Numbered from the stretch's first letter, positions 19,392-29,334 are shown. The stretch is 64,000 nucleotides of DNA from an uncultured Candidatus Saccharibacteria bacterium (GCA_964545165.1 CAZJEQ010000004.1:17716-81715), one strand, 5' to 3'. Notes: generated by a model from the letters alone, not told the origin. Numbers and translations: made by a program.

Positions 19392-20771
19392 TCAGCTGAA
19401 GAATCCGATCATGAAGTCGGTAATACCGAAGAAGTCGAGGAGGAGTTTGACGTTCAAGACGACGATGATCGTTGCGACGATCCACGCACAGATCTGGAGC
19501 CAGAGCTTGTTGGCAAACTCGCCCATTTTGACCTTGTCGCTCGTGAAGAGGACGAGCGGAATGACCGCGAAGGGGAGCTGCAAGCTGAGGATGACCTGAC
19601 TCAAAATGAGCAGTTGCGCAGTACCATTCTCACCGTAAAACATCGTGACGATAATGGCTGGCACGATTGCCAAGAGGCGCGTCGCGAGACGGCGCATCCA
19701 CGGGGCGATCGTGATCTTGAGGAAGCCTTCCATGACGATCTGTCCGGCGAGCGTCGCGGTGAGTGTAGAATTTTGTCCCGAGGCAAGCAGTGCGAGTGCG
19801 AAGAGCGTGCTCGCAGCGCCCGCGCCGAGAAGCGGCGTGAGTAGCTGATACGCGTGCTGGATTTCGGCGACATCATTTTGCCCGCGGGTGAAGAAGGATG
19901 CGGCGGCGATGATGAGAATCGCGGCGTTGATGAAGAGCGCAAACATGAGCGCCACGGTCGAATCGATGGTCGCGAATTTGATTGCTTCACGCTTGCCGGC
20001 AACATCGGTTGCGTAGGTACGCGTCTGCACGATGGACGAGTGGAGGTAGAGATTATGCGGCATCACGGTCGCGCCTAGAATGCCGATCGCGATAAAGAGC
20101 ATCGCGGGATTCTGGATGATTTCAGGGCGGGGAATAAAGCCGCTGAGTACTGCCGCGATCTCCGGCTGCGCCATGACGACGACGGTGAAGAGGCAGGCAG
20201 CGACGGTCGCGATGAGCGCGATGACGAGTGCTTCCAGGTAACGGAAGCCCTTATTCTGCAAGAAGAGAATGAGGAGCACATCGAATGCCGTGATACACAC
20301 GCCCCAGATCAGCGGAATGCCGAAGAGGAGATTGAGTGCAATCGCGGTACCGATTACCTCCGCGAGGTCGCACGCGACGATGGCGAGCTCACAGAGCATC
20401 CACAGTGCCAGTGAGACCGGCTTCGAGAAGTGGTCGCGGCAGGCTTGCGCGAGATCGCGACCAGTGACGATGCCGAGCTTGGCGGCAAGTGCCTGCAAGA
20501 GGATCGCCATGATATTGGAAATCAAAATCACCGCGAGGAGGGTATAGCCAAAGGAAGACCCGCCCGCGAGGTCAGTCGCCCAATTACCCGGATCCATGTA
20601 GCCGACAGCCACGAGGTACCCCGGACCAGAGACGGCCAGGAGCTTACGCCAGAAGGTGGCGTTGACGGGGAAGTGAATGCTGCGATTCACTTCGGGCAGA
20701 CTCGGCACCGTATTTTCGAGGCGCCAGGTCTTGCCGCGCAGACGCGCAGAATAGACATCGAGAAAACTCAT
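19392..20771 (-). CDS. mntH: NRAMP-family divalent metal (Mn2+/Fe2+) transporter MntH
   Basis: DPGN motif and MPH motif; 11 TM helices; 459 aa. Confidence 0.85.
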   Translation of the reverse strand: MSFLDVYSARLRGKTWRLENTVPSLPEVNRSIHFPVNATFWRKLLAVSGPGYLVAVGYMDPGNWATDLAGGSSFGYTLLAVILISNIMAILLQALAAKLGIVTGRDLAQACRDHFSKPVSLALWMLCELAIVACDLAEVIGTAIALNLLFGIPLIWGVCITAFDVLLILFLQNKGFRYLEALVIALIATVAACLFTVVVMAQPEIAAVLSGFIPRPEIIQNPAMLFIAIGILGATVMPHNLYLHSSIVQTRTYATDVAGKREAIKFATIDSTVALMFALFINAAILIIAAASFFTRGQNDVAEIQHAYQLLTPLLGAGAASTLFALALLASGQNSTLTATLAGQIVMEGFLKITIAPWMRRLATRLLAIVPAIIVTMFYGENGTAQLLILSQVILSLQLPFAVIPLVLFTSDKVKMGEFANKLWLQICAWIVATIIVVLNVKLLLDFFGITDFMIGFFS

Positions 20772-20921
20772 AGAAGTACTAGTAGTAGATAGAGAAACGA
20801 ATAATAAGTAATGGAGAAGCTCGCGCTTTGGCGGGCTCTCTTCAATAGGAGTGGGACGAATCCCGAAACAGTTACTCCATTACCATAGCTGAAGCGCGAC
20901 AGGTCGTCAAGGGTATAACGC
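20772..20921 (-). promoter_or_regulatory. structured 5' leader of mntH (candidate Mn2+ riboswitch-like element)
   Basis: Minus-strand TTGACG-17-TATGGT promoter, then GGAGUAACUGUUUC-GGGA-UUCG-UCCC-ACUCC nested hairpin and long-range pairs (GUAAUGGAG/CUCCAUUAC); contains GGAGUAA, resembling the yybP-ykoY GGGAGUAG core. Confidence 0.3.
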
Positions 20922-20946
20922 AAAAATGCCCCGTAGGGCATTTTTG
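20922..20946. terminator. bidirectional terminator (terminates tRNA-Asp on the minus strand)
   Basis: AAAAATGCCC-cgta-GGGCATTTTT. Confidence 0.55.
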
Positions 20947-20952
20947 CTTTTG

Positions 20953-21026
20953 CGCGAGTGACGGGACTCGAACCCGCAGCCTCTCCCGTGACAGGGGAGT
21001 GCTCTAACCAATTGAGCTACACCCGC
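20953..21026 (-). tRNA. tRNA-Asp (GTC)
   Basis: Reverse complement GCGGGTGTAGCTCAATTGGTTAGAGCACTCCCCTGTCACGGGAGAGG..GGTTCGAGTCCCGTCACTCGCG. Confidence 0.85.
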
Positions 21027-21126
21027 ACATTCGGATGCACAGATGTGCGCCCGTAATGACGAGAGAATATACTAAAAAGACCTTTTTTGCGAGCCTTTTA
21101 AACTACTCACAGCTCTTACGGGGCGT

Positions 21127-21681
21127 ATGGGATCGATGCCATACAATGTATCTATGTCTCAGCACATGGGAGGAGGGAAAGAGAAAATACAGCTGAATCA
21201 CGCTCCCGCGAATTTTGAGGTCTCAGATATGCACAAGCTACATCTGAGTGATACGACTGCCGTCGCGGGTCTTAAAAATATGCTCAAGAGACGGACCATA
21301 TTGGACCGATTCCACAAAAAAGAATCCTTGCGTGACAACCTCGACATGTTTGAAGAGGAGAACGGTGGGAAAATGTTTGCGATCCGCGAGGGCGAGACTA
21401 TTAAGGGCTTTCTCGGTCTTACGATTGAGCAGACAGACGCCGGGCGTGTCGCGCATATCAAGAGTCTGCGCACGGCGGAGCGCAATCCGGAGATGATGCA
21501 AGCGCTTATTAAAGAAGCACTTGCGTATCTGGAAGGCAGGGCGGATACCGTGTCACTGGCCTTTTCCGCAGATCAAGCACATATCCTTCACGAAAGTGAG
21601 CATGTACTGACTACCTTAAAGTTTGAAGCACGAGGCCACGATGAGCGGGGGTACGAGATTTTCTCGAAGAGTCTGCACTAA
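21127..21681 (+). CDS. hypothetical protein, possibly a GNAT-fold acetyltransferase
   Basis: Weak GNAT-like motif (IKGFLGL...RVAHIKSL...); start uncertain because several Met codons are available. Confidence 0.45.
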   Translation: MGSMPYNVSMSQHMGGGKEKIQLNHAPANFEVSDMHKLHLSDTTAVAGLKNMLKRRTILDRFHKKESLRDNLDMFEEENGGKMFAIREGETIKGFLGLTIEQTDAGRVAHIKSLRTAERNPEMMQALIKEALAYLEGRADTVSLAFSADQAHILHESEHVLTTLKFEARGHDERGYEIFSKSLH

Positions 21682-22070
21682 GCGCTCGCGCCCGGGAGTG
21701 ATGAATTATCTCTGCTCGGCACGTGCCGAACTTTTTTGAATTCTTCATCGAGCTCGCGGAGTTTGTCCTCGACATCTTCTTCGATATCGATCAGCTCGTT
21801 GCGTGCGGGGTCAGTGGCTTTGATGAGCTCGTCGAGTTTGAGCTGGATGGCATGTGCGTCGCGATTCTGAGTGTTTTGAATCAGGAAGACCATGAGGAAG
21901 GTGAGGATGGTCGTCGTGGTGTTGATGAAAAGCTGCCACGTAGTCGAGAAATTAAAGATAGGCCCCACGACCGCCCAGACGATGACTACCAGTGTGGCGA
22001 CCACAAACGCCCAGCCCGAGCCCATAATCCCGCTCGCTTTGTGTGCGATCCGTCTGAAAAATTCTTGCAT
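21678..22070 (-). CDS. low-affinity iron permease family membrane protein (PF04120-like)
   Basis: WAFVVATLVVIVWAVVGP...LIQNTQNRDAHAIQLKLDELI. The 273-aa track ORF overlaps the HD-domain gene and is an artefact; start set at MQEFF. Confidence 0.55.
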   Translation of the reverse strand: MQEFFRRIAHKASGIMGSGWAFVVATLVVIVWAVVGPIFNFSTTWQLFINTTTTILTFLMVFLIQNTQNRDAHAIQLKLDELIKATDPARNELIDIEEDVEDKLRELDEEFKKVRHVPSRDNSSLPGASA

Positions 22071-22136
22071 GTAATGAGAAGTGTACACCCAAAATCCGAC
22101 CCCCGTCCCGTTTTCTACACATGCTAGAGTTGAGTT

Positions 22137-22784
22137 ATGACCGCAGTAGAGATCTACAAGCAATACAAGATTCCGCCTTTTTTGCAGCTCCATCAGCTCC
22201 GTGTCGCGGCAGTTGGTAAACAGATTGCGGATAATTTTCGCAGTACGCTCGATAGTCGTTCGATCATCCTCGCGTGCTTGTTCCACGATATGGGCAATAT
22301 CATCAAGGTCGATTTCTCGCGATTCCCAGAGACCTTTGAGCCGGAAGGCGTCCCATATTGGCAGCATGTGCAGGAAGATTTTAAGCGTCGCTTCGGACCC
22401 GACGAACACCATGCGACGATTGCCATCGTCCACGAGATGCACCTGCCGCTCCAAGCGGTGAAATATATTGATGGCGTCGGATTCTCGAAGCTCAAGCATA
22501 CGAGCGCGACACCTTCGTACGAGCAGAAGATTGTCGAATATGCGGATCTACGTGTCGCGCCGTTTGGCGTGACGAGTATGCGCGACCGTCTTGAAGAGGC
22601 CCGTATTCGCTACGCGGCGCGTGAGAGCGACATGCCAAAAGACGCCGATCGTTATAGCGAGCTCCACGCAGCTGCCGAAGCAGTCGAGCGCCAGATTTTC
22701 TCCAGTGCGAGTATTGAACCAGACGATATTACCGATGCTTCAGTACAATCAATCGTCGAAGAGCTGCGCTCGTATTCGATCTAA
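22137..22784 (+). CDS. HD-domain phosphohydrolase
   Basis: H...HD motif (LFHDMGN) plus downstream His/Asp residues. Confidence 0.75.
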   Translation: MTAVEIYKQYKIPPFLQLHQLRVAAVGKQIADNFRSTLDSRSIILACLFHDMGNIIKVDFSRFPETFEPEGVPYWQHVQEDFKRRFGPDEHHATIAIVHEMHLPLQAVKYIDGVGFSKLKHTSATPSYEQKIVEYADLRVAPFGVTSMRDRLEEARIRYAARESDMPKDADRYSELHAAAEAVERQIFSSASIEPDDITDASVQSIVEELRSYSI

Positions 22785-22795
22785 GACGATGTTTT

Positions 22796-22871
22796 TGGAG
22801 CCGCCTCGCAGATTTGAACTGCGGACCCCCGCTTTACGAAAGCGGTGCTCTACCAACTGAGCTAAGGCGGC
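22796..22871 (-). tRNA. tRNA-Thr (CGT)
   Basis: Reverse complement GCCGCCTTAGCTCAGTTGGTAGAGCACCGCTTTCGTAAAGCGGGGGTCCGCAGTTCAAATCTGCGAGGCGGCTCCA; CCA encoded. Confidence 0.85.
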
Positions 22872-22951
22872 GAACCTGCACATCCTACGGTATTACACTT
22901 GGTTTTTCAATCAAACTCGGCTATTCTCACTTTGTTCCATCAAAATAGTAA

Positions 22952-23024
22952 GCCGATGTAGCTCAGTTGGTAGAGCACGTCATTGGTAATGACGAGGTCT
23001 CCGGTTCAATCCCGGACATCGGCT
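22952..23024 (+). tRNA. tRNA-Thr (GGT)
   Basis: GCCGATGTAGCTCAGTTGGTAGAGCACGTCATTGGTAATGACGAGGTCTCCGGTTCAATCCCGGACATCGGCT. Confidence 0.85.
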
Positions 23025-23074
23025 CAAAGAAGTGTGCTCTCGCGCGGCGCAGTCGTGCACCTTATACTGCTCGC

Positions 23075-23956
23075 ATGTCCCGCAAGGAAGAAGTCGAGGC
23101 AAAGATCGCAGCGATAGAGCTCGCCATGGGTGCGGCGGATTTTTGGAGTGACAAAGACAAGGCACAGACGACGCTCAAGGAATACCAAGATCTCAAGACG
23201 CAGCTCGCGAGTGGTACCGGGTACGACAAGAGCGATGCCATTCTTACCATTATTTCGGGCGCCGGGGGTGATGATGCCGAGGATTTCTCGCGCATTCTCT
23301 ACGAGATGTACCGCAAGTACGTCGCATCGAAGGGATGGAGTGCGAGCGATATTGATGAAAACAAAAACTCCATGGGCGGGTACCGCTCCGTCTCGTTTGA
23401 AATCAAGGGAAGCGGCGCCTATGGCACGCTCCGCCGTGAAGCAGGTGTGCATCGGCTCGTACGCATGTCACCGTTTAATGCTGCGGGCAAGCGCCAGACC
23501 TCGTTCTCGCTCGTCGAAGTGTTGCCCAAGGTACCGGATCAAGGAGATCTCCACATTCCCGATAGCGAACTCGATGTTGCAGTCGCGCGCTCGGGTGGTC
23601 CTGGCGGCCAAAACGTCAACAAGCGCGACACAGCGGTGCGCATGACGCACCTTCCGACCGGCATCGCCGTGCAGGTCACCTCGGAGCGCTCGCAGCTTTC
23701 CAACAAAGAGAAGGCGCTCGAGATGATTCGCGGCAAGCTCTTCAAGCTGCGTGAAGATGCTGCAGCGAACGAGGCGCGTGGTCTTTCTGCTGGTACGACC
23801 ACCAAGATCGAGTGGGGTAGTCAGATTCGCTCGTATGTCCTGCATCCCTATCAATTGGTGAAGGATCACCGCACTGAGCATGAGCGCCGCGATGTGGAGC
23901 GTGTCCTTGAGGGTGATATCCAGAGCTTTGTCGACGCAGAAAAGTCACTTGAATAG
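23075..23956 (+). CDS. prfB: peptide chain release factor 2, N-terminally short (293 aa)
   Basis: SPF tripeptide (RMSPFNAAG) and GGQ (SGGPGGQNVNK); aligns to E. coli RF2 from about residue 33 onward. Only 50 nt separate it from the upstream tRNA, so there is no room for the usual frameshift cassette. Confidence 0.8.
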   Translation: MSRKEEVEAKIAAIELAMGAADFWSDKDKAQTTLKEYQDLKTQLASGTGYDKSDAILTIISGAGGDDAEDFSRILYEMYRKYVASKGWSASDIDENKNSMGGYRSVSFEIKGSGAYGTLRREAGVHRLVRMSPFNAAGKRQTSFSLVEVLPKVPDQGDLHIPDSELDVAVARSGGPGGQNVNKRDTAVRMTHLPTGIAVQVTSERSQLSNKEKALEMIRGKLFKLREDAAANEARGLSAGTTTKIEWGSQIRSYVLHPYQLVKDHRTEHERRDVERVLEGDIQSFVDAEKSLE

Positions 23957-24086
23957 GGAGTTTTCCGGAATAATGAAGTCTGCGATTGAGCCGCTCGTGA
24001 GACGCGGTATACTAATAACTCCCGCACGAATGCGTAATATGCGTCGCGCATAGGACGTCTCATTCAGAGAGCTATACTTCATTCCC

Positions 24087-24770
24087 ATGATCTATTTTGA
24101 GAAAGTAACCAAAATTTACGCAGATGGAGGACCTGCGGCCGTAGCCGATGTCACGCTCGGCATTGATCCGGGCGAGTTCGTTTCGCTCGTGGGTCACTCG
24201 GGTGCCGGCAAGACCACGCTGCTCAAAATGCTCTTCGCTGAGACGTATCCGACCGAAGGCTCGGTCTTTTTCGGGTCACGGGATATTGCCGCACTCTCAC
24301 AAAAGGATCTGCTGCACATGCGCCGCAACATCGGTACCGTCTTCCAGGATTTCCGACTCTTGCCGACAAAAAATGTGTACGAAAATATTGCCTTTGCCCT
24401 TGAGGTAGCAGGGAAGAGCGATGAGGATATCCAGGCAGATGTGCCGCATGTGCTCGAGCTGGTGGGGCTCGCCGACAAAATCTGGAGTTTCCCGCGGCAG
24501 CTCTCCGGTGGTGAGCAGCAGCGCGTGGCGATTGCACGTGCCATCGTCAATCAGCCAGAGGTGCTCATTGCCGATGAGCCGACAGGCAATCTCGATCCCA
24601 TCAATGCGCACGACATCGTAGAGATTCTCAAGAAGATCAATGACCTCGGCACCACGGTGCTCCTGACTACACACAATAAGTCCGTCGTAGATTCTGTAGG
24701 ACGTCGTGTGGTGACGATGGATCAGGGGCGTGTGATTCGCGACGACAAGCAAGGTAAATACGTGCTCTAA
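24087..24770 (+). CDS. ftsE: cell division ABC ATPase FtsE
   Basis: Walker A GHSGAGKTT; LSGGEQQR signature; ~227 aa; followed by ftsX. Confidence 0.85.
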   Translation: MIYFEKVTKIYADGGPAAVADVTLGIDPGEFVSLVGHSGAGKTTLLKMLFAETYPTEGSVFFGSRDIAALSQKDLLHMRRNIGTVFQDFRLLPTKNVYENIAFALEVAGKSDEDIQADVPHVLELVGLADKIWSFPRQLSGGEQQRVAIARAIVNQPEVLIADEPTGNLDPINAHDIVEILKKINDLGTTVLLTTHNKSVVDSVGRRVVTMDQGRVIRDDKQGKYVL

Positions 24771-24799
24771 ATAACTACCAACACATAACTTTCAACACC

Positions 24800-25729
24800 A
24801 TGGACTTCTGGACCACAAGCAAGCGAGTGATGCGATACGGTGTTGCCGGATTCGTGCGCAACGGCTTCGTCTCGCTGGCGGCGATTCTCATCATGACGAT
24901 CACACTCTTCGTGCTCGCCGGACTCACGATCGGGGGCGCTGCCCTCAATGCGACGCTGACGACGCTCACGCAGAAGGTAGATGTGAGCGTGTATTTCACC
25001 ACCACCGCATCAGAAAATAATATTCGCGAGATCGAGAGCCAGCTGAAGGCCTTGCCAGAAGTCGCGAGTGTGAATTACATCTCGCGCGAGGAAGCGCTGA
25101 CGGCGTTTCGTGAGCGACACAAGAACGATCAGCTGACGCTCCAGGCGCTCGATGAGCTTGGTGAGAATCCGCTGGGTGCCTCGCTCGAAATCCGTGCGAA
25201 AGAAACAAGCCAGTACGAATCAATCGCAACCTATCTCAACAATAAACAATCCGCTGGCGAAGGCGCTGGTGCCTCGATTGATAAGGTGAACTTCTTCCAG
25301 AACAAGACCGCGATTGATCGTCTGACCAATATCATCCAGACGTCGCAACGCCTCGGTATCGCGATCGCGGCGTTTATGATCCTCGCGTCGGTACTCATTT
25401 CATTCAACACTATTCGTCTCGCGATCTACACTTCACGTGATGAGATCGGAGTCATGAATCTCGTCGGTGCAGGGCACTGGTATGTGCGCGGACCCTTTAT
25501 GATCGCAGGTGTTCTCTACGGTGCGGTAGCAGGTGTCGTGGTCCTCCTGCTCCTCTACCCGGTCACGATCTGGTTGGGCCCTGGCTCTGAGCGATTTATC
25601 GGCTCGTTCAATGTCTTCAACTACTTCACGAGCTCGTTCCCGATGATGTTTTTGATTGTGATGGGATCGGGCATCGCCCTGGGGGCCCTGTCGAGCTATT
25701 TAGCTGTCCGCCGCTACCTCCGAATGTAG
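24800..25729 (+). CDS. ftsX: cell division permease FtsX
   Basis: FtsX topology: TM helix, periplasmic loop, three C-terminal TM helices; position after ftsE. Confidence 0.85.
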   Translation: MDFWTTSKRVMRYGVAGFVRNGFVSLAAILIMTITLFVLAGLTIGGAALNATLTTLTQKVDVSVYFTTTASENNIREIESQLKALPEVASVNYISREEALTAFRERHKNDQLTLQALDELGENPLGASLEIRAKETSQYESIATYLNNKQSAGEGAGASIDKVNFFQNKTAIDRLTNIIQTSQRLGIAIAAFMILASVLISFNTIRLAIYTSRDEIGVMNLVGAGHWYVRGPFMIAGVLYGAVAGVVVLLLLYPVTIWLGPGSERFIGSFNVFNYFTSSFPMMFLIVMGSGIALGALSSYLAVRRYLRM

Positions 25730-25732
25730 CGA

Positions 25733-25850
25733 ACCGCAGAAACGCAGGCATTTCGTCGTTGTGGGGCCCATCTCGGGCCTCACCGTACGCTTAGTACGGC
25801 TCAGCCCTCGATTTCCCCACGCCTAGAACTGCCTACGTTTCTGTGGCTCG
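25733..25850 (+). other. structured intergenic element (candidate ncRNA or cis-regulatory RNA) between ftsX and pyrG
   Basis: 15-bp long-range helix GCAGAAACGCAGGCA (25736-50) / TGCCTACGTTTCTGT (25830-44) encloses inner helix GTGGGG/CCCCAC and two hairpins (GGCCC-atctc-GGGCC; CCGTAC-gctta-GTACGG). Confidence 0.4.
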
Positions 25851-25868
25851 TGTTACAGTGCAGCCTAT

Positions 25869-27527
25869 ATGACGCGTGCGCAGTCATCTGGCCATAAATA
25901 TATTTTCGTCGTGGGCGGCGTAATGTCTGGCGTCGGCAAAGGCATCACTACCGCATCTATCGGTAAGATTCTTGCAGCCCGTGGCCTCAAGGTGAATTTG
26001 ATGAAGGTAGATCCGTATCTCAATGTCGATGCGGGCACCATGAATCCGACGGAGCATGGCGAAGTCTTCGTCCTCGACTCGGGTCTTGAGACCGATCAGG
26101 ACATGGGCAACTACGAGCGCTTCTTGGGCCGCGATCTGGGTCCGGAGGATTACATGACGAGCGGTATGGTCTACGCCGAGGTCATTCGTCGCGAGAGAAA
26201 TCTCGAATACGGCGGTAAGTGTGTGGAAGCGGTCCCGCATGTGCGCGATGAAATCGTGCAGCGTTTCCAAAAATCCGCTGAGCTCGCGCAGTCTGATGTG
26301 ACGGTTGTTGAAATCGGCGGCACCATCGGAGATTTCTCCAACGCGCTCTTCATCGACGCCGCTCGCGTGATGCACCTGCAGCATCCACAAGATTCGATTT
26401 TTGTGATGGTCTCGTACTTGCCGGTACCTGGCACCATCGGTGAGATGAAAACGAAGCCCACGCAAAACGCCATGCGCGATTTGAATGCCTACGGGGTACA
26501 GGCCGATATCTTGATTGCACGATCCACCCACCCGCTCGATCAGAAGCGCAAAGAGAAGCTCTCTGTCTCGTGCAATGTCCTGCCGGAGCGCATCATCTCA
26601 GCGCCGGATGTGGATTCGATCTACGATGTGCCCTTGAATTTCGAGCGCGACAAGCTTTCAGAGATAATACTCGATGCGCTCTCGATGGATGCGAACCGCA
26701 CCGCAGATCTCGGTGAGTGGAAACAGTTCGCCGAAAAAGCACACAACGGCTCAAAGGAGGTGAAAATCGGCATCGTCGGCAAATATTTTGATACGGGCGA
26801 TTTCGTCCTCTCCGATGCGTACATTTCCGTCATCGAAGCGATCAAATTCTCTGCGGCCGCACTCGGGGTCAAGGCAAAGATCGAGTGGCTCAACGCCAAG
26901 ACCTACCAGCAGGAGCCCGAGAAGGTGCATGAGCTCACCGGCTACGACGGCATTCTTGTTCCGGGCGGCTTTGGCGAAACCGGTATTGAAGGCAAGATTG
27001 CAGCGATCAAATTCGCTCGCGAGAACAAAATCCCATACTTCGGCCTCTGCTACGGCATGCAGCTGATGACGGTAGAGTATGCCCGCAATGTCGTGGGGCT
27101 ACAGGATGCCAACACCACCGAGATCAATCCCGAGACGCCGCATCCGATCATCGCGATTTTGCCGGAGCAGATCGAGAAGCTGAAAAACAAAGACTACGGC
27201 GGCACCATGCGTCTCGGTGCGTATCTGCACGACATCGAGCGCGACACCATCGCGTATGAGGCCTATGGCGGCAAGCTCCAGGTCTCTGAGCGTCACCGCC
27301 ATCGCTTTGAGGTAAATCCCGAATACATCGCGCAGCTCGAAGGTGCAGGGCTCGTCTTCTCAGGCAAATCTCCCGACAAGCATTTGATGGAAATTGCCGA
27401 GCTTCCAAAATCAGTGCATCCCTTTATGCTCGGCACCCAAGCACATCCGGAATTGAAGGCACGCCCGCTCGATCCACACCCGCTCTTCACTGCGTTCCTC
27501 AAAGCGGCGATTGAGCGCAACGGGTAG
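25869..27527 (+). CDS. pyrG: CTP synthase
   Basis: Full synthetase domain plus glutamine amidotransferase domain (GLCYGMQ, HRHRFEVN). Confidence 0.95.
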   Translation: MTRAQSSGHKYIFVVGGVMSGVGKGITTASIGKILAARGLKVNLMKVDPYLNVDAGTMNPTEHGEVFVLDSGLETDQDMGNYERFLGRDLGPEDYMTSGMVYAEVIRRERNLEYGGKCVEAVPHVRDEIVQRFQKSAELAQSDVTVVEIGGTIGDFSNALFIDAARVMHLQHPQDSIFVMVSYLPVPGTIGEMKTKPTQNAMRDLNAYGVQADILIARSTHPLDQKRKEKLSVSCNVLPERIISAPDVDSIYDVPLNFERDKLSEIILDALSMDANRTADLGEWKQFAEKAHNGSKEVKIGIVGKYFDTGDFVLSDAYISVIEAIKFSAAALGVKAKIEWLNAKTYQQEPEKVHELTGYDGILVPGGFGETGIEGKIAAIKFARENKIPYFGLCYGMQLMTVEYARNVVGLQDANTTEINPETPHPIIAILPEQIEKLKNKDYGGTMRLGAYLHDIERDTIAYEAYGGKLQVSERHRHRFEVNPEYIAQLEGAGLVFSGKSPDKHLMEIAELPKSVHPFMLGTQAHPELKARPLDPHPLFTAFLKAAIERNG

Positions 27528-27530
27528 GCC

Positions 27531-28262
27531 ATGCCGTTCAAGCTCATCTCGATTAATATCGAGTGTTCAAAGCATCTTGAGCGCGTCATCCCATTTCTGC
27601 AGCGTGAACAAGCGGATATAGTGTGTATCCAGGAATTAATGGAACGGGACGTTGCACAATTTGAATCGGCGCTCGGCACCCAGGCGTACTTCGAGCCCAA
27701 GACACAGATGCATGCAGGGGTAGAGGGCATGGGAATCTTTACAAAACATCGTGTTCTGTCTCGCGGGGCGCTCCTCTATGCGGGCGAGAGCGCACTGCGC
27801 AATTTTGATGAGACGAGTGCCACAACGAAGCATGCGACCCAGAGGCACCCGATACTTTTTTGTGATATCGAAGTCGATGGAAGGATCGTGCGCATATGCA
27901 CGACACATTTCACGTGGACACCAGATGGCCTGCCTGATGATTTGCAGCGCGCAGACATCGTGCGATTCTTGAGGGAGCTTTCTGCATTTCCCGAATTCAT
28001 ACTCTGTGGCGACTTCAACGCGCCACGCGGAGGAGAGATCTTCGCGCAGCTCGCGCGTGCGTATACAGACAACATTCCTCCACACTACCTGACCTCTATC
28101 GATGTAGCGCTTCATCGGGCGGGGAAAGAGCGCCCGCACGAGCTCGCCGACAAGATGGTGGATGGACTCTTTACGACGCCGGGGTACCGAGCATCGGATG
28201 TCGTCCTCGTCGACGGAGTAAGCGATCATATGGCGATTGTAGCTACTATCGACCAGGCTTGA
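27531..28262 (+). CDS. endonuclease/exonuclease/phosphatase (EEP) family protein
   Basis: EEP catalytic motifs (IVCIQE ... CGDFN ... SDH). Confidence 0.7.
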   Translation: MPFKLISINIECSKHLERVIPFLQREQADIVCIQELMERDVAQFESALGTQAYFEPKTQMHAGVEGMGIFTKHRVLSRGALLYAGESALRNFDETSATTKHATQRHPILFCDIEVDGRIVRICTTHFTWTPDGLPDDLQRADIVRFLRELSAFPEFILCGDFNAPRGGEIFAQLARAYTDNIPPHYLTSIDVALHRAGKERPHELADKMVDGLFTTPGYRASDVVLVDGVSDHMAIVATIDQA

Positions 28263-28290
28263 CGTATAGGAAGAAATGATAGAATAGGCC

Positions 28291-29334
28291 ATGGCAGTGA
28301 AGATTACTGAAGGATTTACATTTGATGACGTACTCATCCGACCCGCGGCCTCTGCCATGGAGCCATCGGAAGCGTCGCTGAAAACAGTGGTAGCAGGTAT
28401 CGAGCTCTCGGTGCCTTTTTTGAGTGCTGCAATGGATCGCGTGACGGAAGCTGAGATGGCCATCGAGCTCGGGAAGCTCGGCGGCTTGGGTGTTTTGCAT
28501 CGCAATTGCTCTATCGAGGAGCAGGTGGCGATGGTGAGAGAGGCGAAGAAGGCGGGCGTCAACGTCGCGGCGGCATGCGGCCCGTTTGCGGTGGATCGCG
28601 CGAAGGCGCTCGACGAGGCGAAGTGTGATGCGATCGTCATCGACTGTGCCCACGGCCACAACATGAACGTCGTCGCGAGCGCCAAGAAAATCAAACAATC
28701 GCTCAGGCACGCCAAAATGATTTACGGCAATATCGCGACCGGGGAAGCGGCTGCGGCGGTGTGCGGATTCGTCGACGCGGTGAAAGTCGGCGTGGGTCCC
28801 GGCTCTATTTGCACGACGCGTATTATCTCCGGCGTCGGTGCGCCGCAGCTCTCGGCGGTTATGGAGGTCGCCGATGTGGCACGCAAGAAAAAAGTCCCCG
28901 TCATCGCCGATGGCGGCATCCGCACCTCGGGTGATATCGCCAAAGCTCTCGCCGCGGGAGCCTCGGCAGTGATGTGCGGCAACATGTTTGCCGGCACGGA
29001 TGAGACACCGGGCAAAATCGTCACCAAAGCCGGCACCAAATTTAAAGAATATCGCGGCATGGGATCAGAAGCCGTGATCCGCAGCGCCTCCGGCAATGAG
29101 CGCTACTTTACCCACGGCCGCAAAGCCGTTGCCGAGGGTGTGGAAGCACTCGTGCCGTACAAAGGGCCGGTGAGCGAGATCGTCGCGAGCCTCGCCTCAG
29201 GTGTGCAAGTGGGCATGGGCTACGTGGGAGCAAAAACCATTGCCGAATTTTGGAAGAAAGTGCAATTCATCAAGATCACTCACGCTTCCATCGCGGAGGG
29301 TAAGCCGCATTCGCTCTCGCAGATTACGCGCTAG
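28291..29334 (+). CDS. IMP dehydrogenase family enzyme lacking the CBS subdomain (IMPDH or GMP reductase)
   Basis: Catalytic loop GIGPGSICTTR; 347 aa; no CBS pair. Confidence 0.8.
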   Translation: MAVKITEGFTFDDVLIRPAASAMEPSEASLKTVVAGIELSVPFLSAAMDRVTEAEMAIELGKLGGLGVLHRNCSIEEQVAMVREAKKAGVNVAAACGPFAVDRAKALDEAKCDAIVIDCAHGHNMNVVASAKKIKQSLRHAKMIYGNIATGEAAAAVCGFVDAVKVGVGPGSICTTRIISGVGAPQLSAVMEVADVARKKKVPVIADGGIRTSGDIAKALAAGASAVMCGNMFAGTDETPGKIVTKAGTKFKEYRGMGSEAVIRSASGNERYFTHGRKAVAEGVEALVPYKGPVSEIVASLASGVQVGMGYVGAKTIAEFWKKVQFIKITHASIAEGKPHSLSQITR

